Source: Hormiphora californensis (Eukaryota > Animalia > Ctenophora). Taken from it: a stretch of 64,000 bases of DNA. The number at the start of each line of letters is the position of its first letter. Position 1 is the first letter of the stretch. The translations under genes were made by a program, and so were the position numbers. Below the pieces are notes generated by a model. The model did no database searches, was not told where the DNA came from, and worked only from the letters and a program-made list of their open reading frames with translations. Shown piece by piece: positions 58,201-64,000 of the stretch. The stretch covers positions 7,192,001 to 7,256,000 of the forward strand of contig CM035360.1 of NCBI GenBank assembly GCA_020137815.1, given 5' to 3'.

Positions 58201-61200
58201 AACTATCACTGCTAAGCTACACCGCACAGACAATAATGACATGCAGAGTTGTCATGTTGAGGGTCGCCTGGTTGCTATGTGCTGTGCATCTCGTTGCTAA
58301 GGATAGGGGGACTAATCAGCAAGATTAAACCACCAACGTGTATTATATACAGTACTATCTACTAATGTACTTCAATGCTCTTAGATTGCATGTAGAGCTA
58401 GAATTTCATGTGTCTACCATGTAAAAATATATCGGTGTAGTATAATAATCGGATATGATCATATGACATTCGGTAACAGTCGATTAACTATCGAGTTAAC
58501 AAGGAGATTCACGTGATGTGAACATTTCGTTGTTGCTGTATGGCGGCGCCATACCCCATTTGACAGTGCGCTCAGATGGGTCGCGGCGCCAGACAGCGTT
58601 GTTGTAAAGTTTAAAGTTTCCACCCTTACCTATTTTATTTCCAAATTAAAATAAAAATAAAATGTCTATGAGGCAGAGAAGATTTTCTGTCAGGCACTGT
58701 CTAAATGTCTAACCACCACCATAATTTGATATCTGTCAGCCCGGTCAGGTGGACTAGAAAGTGGCAAGTAACAACTTAACTACTGATCTAGTAGATTATC
58801 TACTTTGTAGAGTACAGAGTTGGGCAAATTTGGCGTACAAGATATACCAAATATTATGTGTACCATAGCAACTTATGGGTGGCGGGTGCTATAGCAACAT
58901 ATTTGATATGTTTAGAGGGAGTCAATTACAGTCATTGAATGAGATCTGATTCATAAAGAACGTGTGAGAGAGCCAGGGAATCTTGTTCCAGCTCTACAGT
59001 CCCTTTAGTAGGACTTACCCCTAGATATCTCTCACAGCAGTAGTCCCAGGTTACTGGAAGGAAGTTTAAACTTGTCACAGAACTTGTAGTGTTTATCAGC
59101 AACCTGAATGTAGTTTAGGTGAAATCGGGAGAACACGAAATAAGACGATATCTTTACAAGGAAGATACGGTATTTTTAGGCAATTATACCACCCGGAAAG
59201 GAATTTAGATTATACGGCTCATCCCATAATGGAATTAGATCTAATTAGTAATTCATCAACGGGGAAAACAAGATCTCATTTGAGCGAGAGACGTGTGTAC
59301 ATTGTACACAATACATTTTACACAGCTGTGACATTGTCACACTGTTGCACATGTCATGTACGGAAGGCGCGGCACTCATCTTGAGAGGTTTTCTGCGCGG
59401 ACCGCGAAATTCGAACTGAAGCAAGTACATGATGTACATTGTACATGTATACATGTACTGTATCGGACCAGGGCGTTGTTTGTTCTGTACAAATAACAGT
59501 CTAACTTGGCAAGGCGTTGTTTCAGTGATCCAGCAAATGAGGCACAATTGCAGAGCTAATAGCGGTAAAATATTGTTCTAACGTTTGCAGTACCTGTCCA
59601 AGTCAACAAAGACTTCCTGTATCGGATCACCCCGGGCGTTTCCTCTGATAACCTTTATACAGTCTCCAGAGACCAGACTCCATATTCTGATCTTTCCGTC
59701 CTGGCAGGATGTAATACATCGCACATAACAATACTGCACAGATAGTACCACACTGAGGAAGGGGGTATAGGGTGATGTTTAATGGTTTCTGTATCAGGTA
59801 TCAAATTGTACAATGTACATCAAATTGATGTCATCAATGGTTTGGAAAGTACCTGGAAAATGTATACAGTGCAGTTTCGTGTACTTCTTACGGACTAGTG
59901 CGCGCACCCTCTGCCCGCGCGCATTCAACATGCTGTCTTCATCAAAGAACCGTTCGGCGATGGCGCCCGCTCCCAAACCCAGATTTACCCATCACCCCTA
60001 GCAACCAAATCTCCATGTAACTCGACACTTCTGCCATTGGAAAACGGCCGTTACCTTGGGTGAGGGAGGGTGAACATTGCAGTGGTATCGAGAGACAGCA
60101 TGTTCCACACGTAAAGGACGTTTTGAGAGCCAGTCATTATGTAGTGGGGGGTTAGGGAAACACAGTACACTTTGCCCACCACTTGGTAAACCTAGTAAAC
60201 AACAGGAACAGTTATAGTTGGACCCCGATTTACTGTGATGCTCGGGATTTTGCCTGGTAAATCGGGGTATTGTAGTTCTTAATTATTTCGGGAAGTTTAG
60301 CAATATCCGCCCGGAAAATTGAGGTTTCGTTCAATTTGGGGCCTAGCCAGTAATTTGGGGTCAGACTGTATTTGCAATCACTGATTCCAGTCGACGAAGA
60401 GCCATTTTACCTGTAGTTTAGTGCCAGTATCAACGTCCCACAAGTGGAAAAACTTTGACTCAGTTCCTACACCCGCCCTGTTCCCTGAGAGAATCTTTTG
60501 TAAATTAGCAATTACAGTTGTAATATATTGATTCACCATATTACTAGATTGGGTTTTATGTTGCTAGCATTGTAAAATACCTAAAAGTTTAACTGAGAGT
60601 ATGGGTCTAGTATGATGAAGAGTACGCTTCAGAACACTCTTAGAGAGGTACCAAACTTTAACCATACAGTCTCGTGCCCCTGATATCAGTAATCTGGGGG
60701 TGAAGATAATGATAAATGGGGGGGGGGGGGTTACACCATTACAAATACCAGTTTCTACAGTTACTGGACCCGTGTAGATAGATGGGTGCAATATGGTTCA
60801 GTACGTTTCATTGTGGTCTAGACAGGTTATAGTTCCCCTGTGGCCCCTCCATAGTCGCAGGTAGGCTCCAGTTTCTATCGACCACGCTCTAATTGTTAGA
60901 TCATAGCTTCCTGTGGGAAATGCAGCTGATTATGTAGGATGTTAATATGCAAACACAGGAATTTTACTCGAATAGAATGGGCAGGGGCTGAGTAGATTAG
61001 GAGTTCATGCGTTTACCTGATATCACAATTTTGAATTTCTCTATTAGTAGTAATGATTTAATGCTTCCTGCATGACCAACTATCGTCTTGTGAAGTTTGC
61101 CTGTAAGCAGATCGTTATCAAGCTGAACATGAACAATATATTTGTTTTACGAATTAGCACGGTTATCATTCTCGTCAGGAACCGACCGAAACAAGTAAAC

Positions 61201-63627
61201 AACCAATCAGAACTCGTTATTTAGGTCACGTGACTGGTTATCAGCCAATCAGCGACCAGTATTTCCTGATTCGGTCGGTTCCTGATTATCGTACCAGTTT
61301 CTGCATTCCTAATCTGCACCTTCCTATCCTTTGACCCGACAGCCACATATCTACCACGACAATAGTGCAATGTCCTGTGGGTGTCTGAGAACTTGAGAAG
61401 GTGCTGTTGGTGATACTGCCCACAGAACACATTCCTCTCCTCCAGAATCACCTTCACCTTTCTAGGATCCTCCTCGCTGGACAGAGCAGTAGTACAGGGG
61501 TGGGCATAAAAAATGTCCGCCCTAGACTAGCATGGTTCCAGATATTGTAGAGCGCCAAAATTTGGCAGAGTTACTCTATGGGACAACTAAATAGGTTGAC
61601 CAAAATTTCAGACTTTTAGCTCAAAGTTCATTTTTTTGATCGGAATGAACATTGTCATTCATTCCAAAAAACATGAATTTTTGATCCAAAAGTCAAACAA
61701 TTGTCTTTGGCTATCGAATTTCTTTCAAATGCGACCAAGAAAATCAAAAACAGACAACCACAAGGCACACAGTGATCATGTTTCTTGCAGTGAGTCAGGT
61801 CATGTGATCCTCACCGAATCGTGGACAACTTTCTGAATTGCTAATCAAGCTTATTGGGGAAGAATCACGTATCATAGCCGCTAATGAGGGATGTGTATCG
61901 AAAAAGCGACATGTGATTCGAAAGCACTGAGATAAAGAGACCACTTGTTAATGAGCCTCGGATCTCATGGCCAATCATCTTCGTCATCCCACATTGGTGG
62001 CTGTGATACGTGATTCTCCACAACTAATCCTGATTAGCAATTTAGAACAGTCCAAGATTCGATGGGGATCACATGACCTGACTAACTGTCAGAAACATGA
62101 TCACTGTGTGCCTTGTGCTTGCCCGTTTTTGATTTTCTTAGTCACATTTGAAAGAAATTCGATAGCCAAAGACAATTGTTTGAATTCTGGATCAAAAATT
62201 CACGTTTTTTGGAATGACTGACGATGTTCATTCCCATCAAAAAAATGAATTTTGAGCTAAAAGTCTGAAATTTTGGTCAACCTATTTATTTCTCCCATAG
62301 AGTAACTCTGCCAAATTTTGGCGCTCTACAATATCTGGAACCATGCTAGTCTAGGGCGGACATTTTTTATGCCCACCCCTGTATTTCAGAGAACAAGAAT
62401 TATTTGCATTATGTATACCCATAATGCTGTATTTCCCTGCACAACTTCAAGGATATAAACTTTGAGTGAAAGTTTGACAGCCGGCATGAGATCTGGATTG
62501 TGCCACGCCTGCTTCTAAGTGGATGCTGATATGTGAGCCGGTAAAGCTGATGGGTTGACTAATTAGACTCCAGTTTCAAGGTTATGTGATATCATGTAGT
62601 ATTCAAGTCGCAGTTCATGCCATTGCCACAACTCAAAAGTGAACATTGTACAGTACAATGACGTAGGGCGCGGCGCCAAAGTTATAGACTTTCTTTGAAG
62701 TGAAACATAAACGTCCTGTGCGCGTGCGAGTTTCCTGCAGGAGAAGCGCCTAGTGACATCATATTTCATCAAAACAATTAATTGATTTGATGAAGGAGCG
62801 TTGTCAAGCGTTGTCCGTGACGGACGGACGGACGGACACTTTTAGTTAACTACACAATCTGCTGATTTCTAAACCCTTTATGATCTTTTTAGCACGTGCG
62901 TGCTAAAAACATCATCCCGGGTAAATGCCCTTCGGGCATTCACCCGGGCAGGGAAAAAATGCAAACTAATTAAAACAATAGTGATAACAGTAGCGTACGA
63001 CAACTGTTTTCAAGGAGAAATGTATTCAATATCCCTTATTGTTTCCTGGTATACCTGGTATAAGGATGGTCAGTAGTACAGGGGGTGTCCAGGGGGAAAC
63101 AGAGAGCTGCTTTGTTTGCAAAGGAGGGATTCACATTTCTAACTGCCGGCCTTAGAGCTCGACATCGGAACACATGGGATTGAAACTGAGTGTGCTCTCT
63201 TCGAAATTCTTTCACTAACACGTACCTAGGAAACATTTAATCATTGCCCTATTATAACAGTCTATAATGGGATCTTTATTCACCCTTTCCCCGAGCATCC
63301 CGGTCCCAATATCAAAACATTATGAATATTGTTCAGTTATGTACTAACCATCGTTTTGACACCAGTCTAGCAGGCCAGATGTTAGTTTGTCCCACAAAGT
63401 TGAGAATCAGTTTGGCGACCGTAACAGGTAGCTTGCTGATAAAATCCACACAGCCACTTCGCTCTGAGAAACATGGCCACTGCCCTGACCTGCAAACAAC
63501 AACATACATCCATATTATATGGTCATGAAATATCAATGAACTTTTCTTCATTATATTTAATTTGGTATATCTCACCAAGGGCAATGTGTCGGATCCGGTT
63601 TAAATTCCTCCTCAGTCTCAAGGTTAC
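55277..63627 (-). CDS. FBXW10: F-box/WD40 protein FBXW10-like; 5' exons lie right of the window
   Basis: F-box VDFISKLPVTVAKLILNF...VSKRW (63349-63489); FBXW10-type EERNVFCGQY...LHY (61294-61477); WD repeats GHAGSIK, SGSYDLTIRAWS, GHRGTITCL, LISGARDCMVKVW, SCQDGKIRIWS...GNARGDPI; tail exons ~57778-57832, 57052-57178, 55940-56089, 55581-55751 and 55277-55406. Confidence 0.88.
56126..56967. mobile_element. 842-bp non-autonomous DNA element with poly-G/poly-C termini
   Basis: Perfect 8-bp TSD gttaaaac, Gn-caacg / cgttgg-Cn ends, inverted AT-rich subterminal repeats. Confidence 0.8.
57502..58596. mobile_element. Three separate CTGT...ACAG mini-elements in FBXW10 introns (57502-57643 compound, 57927-57982, 58536-58596)
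   Basis: Perfect TSDs gtacaaac and cgttgttg for the last two. All share ggcgccg palindromic arms. Confidence 0.85.
61176..61284. mobile_element. 109-bp hAT-type MITE, copy 3
   Basis: TSD attctcgt / attatcgt. Confidence 0.88.
61495..62381. mobile_element. 887-bp Tc1/mariner-type foldback element
   Basis: TA|CAGGGGTGGGCATAAAAAATG...CATTTTTTATGCCCACCCCTG|TA with inverted arms of ~400 bp. Confidence 0.9.
62392..62959 (-). mobile_element. Helentron-associated non-autonomous element (HINE/DINE-1-like)
   Basis: Subterminal inverted tttccctgc (62432-62440 and 62948-62956), 5' hairpin cccgggtaaatgccc-ttcg-ggcattcacccggg, (GTCC)n tract at ~62818-62837 and 3' stem-loop gcattatg..cataatgc at 62406-62427. 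Confidence 0.7.
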
Positions 63628-63704
63628 CTGCAACACGGGGTTGTCATAGTAACGCACACACGCTTCAAAATAAGGGATGAATTGAGAGAGACAGAGAGAA
63701 ATAA

Positions 63705-63835
<131 letters not shown>

Positions 63836-64000
63836 ACAATAAAGGGATAAGGTGATGAAGCTATATCCATAATGTAATTTGGGATCATCCCATGGCGATG
63901 TTATTGCAGCAACTCATGCAATTTAGATCATGCATCATTCTAGATAGAAGGTACAAACAACATATCTACAAACAATTGCGATGAGAAATAGCCACGTGCA

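Overview
Eukaryotic, intron-rich animal genomic DNA. The repeat families and GPCR style resemble a ctenophore (Pleurobrachia/Hormiphora-like), but this is my recognition and is not verified. Genes in order: a frameshifted sulfotransferase-family gene (-) with an adjacent RTE-type LINE, both apparently inside an intron of an EPT1/SELENOI-type phosphotransferase (+); a complete ~27-exon GLG1 (+); a four-finger C2H2 gene (+); an intact ORF1-only LINE-like element embedded in a (CA)n microsatellite (-); two intronless rhodopsin-class GPCRs; a very large Ser/Lys/Pro tandem-repeat protein gene (-) with a small two-exon neighbour; and FBXW10 (-, 5' end outside the window). Non-coding DNA is packed with MITEs, 0.9-1.4 kb foldbacks, a HINE-like element and microsatellites. 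Strongest candidates for undescribed biology: the microsatellite-embedded ORF1-only element, a 23-97 bp CTGT...ACAG element family with 8-bp TSDs, foldbacks with homogenised arms, and the giant KSVSP-repeat protein. Frameshift clusters at 0-6 kb and 43-50 kb may be consensus errors. Exon coordinates were read by eye and are approximate.
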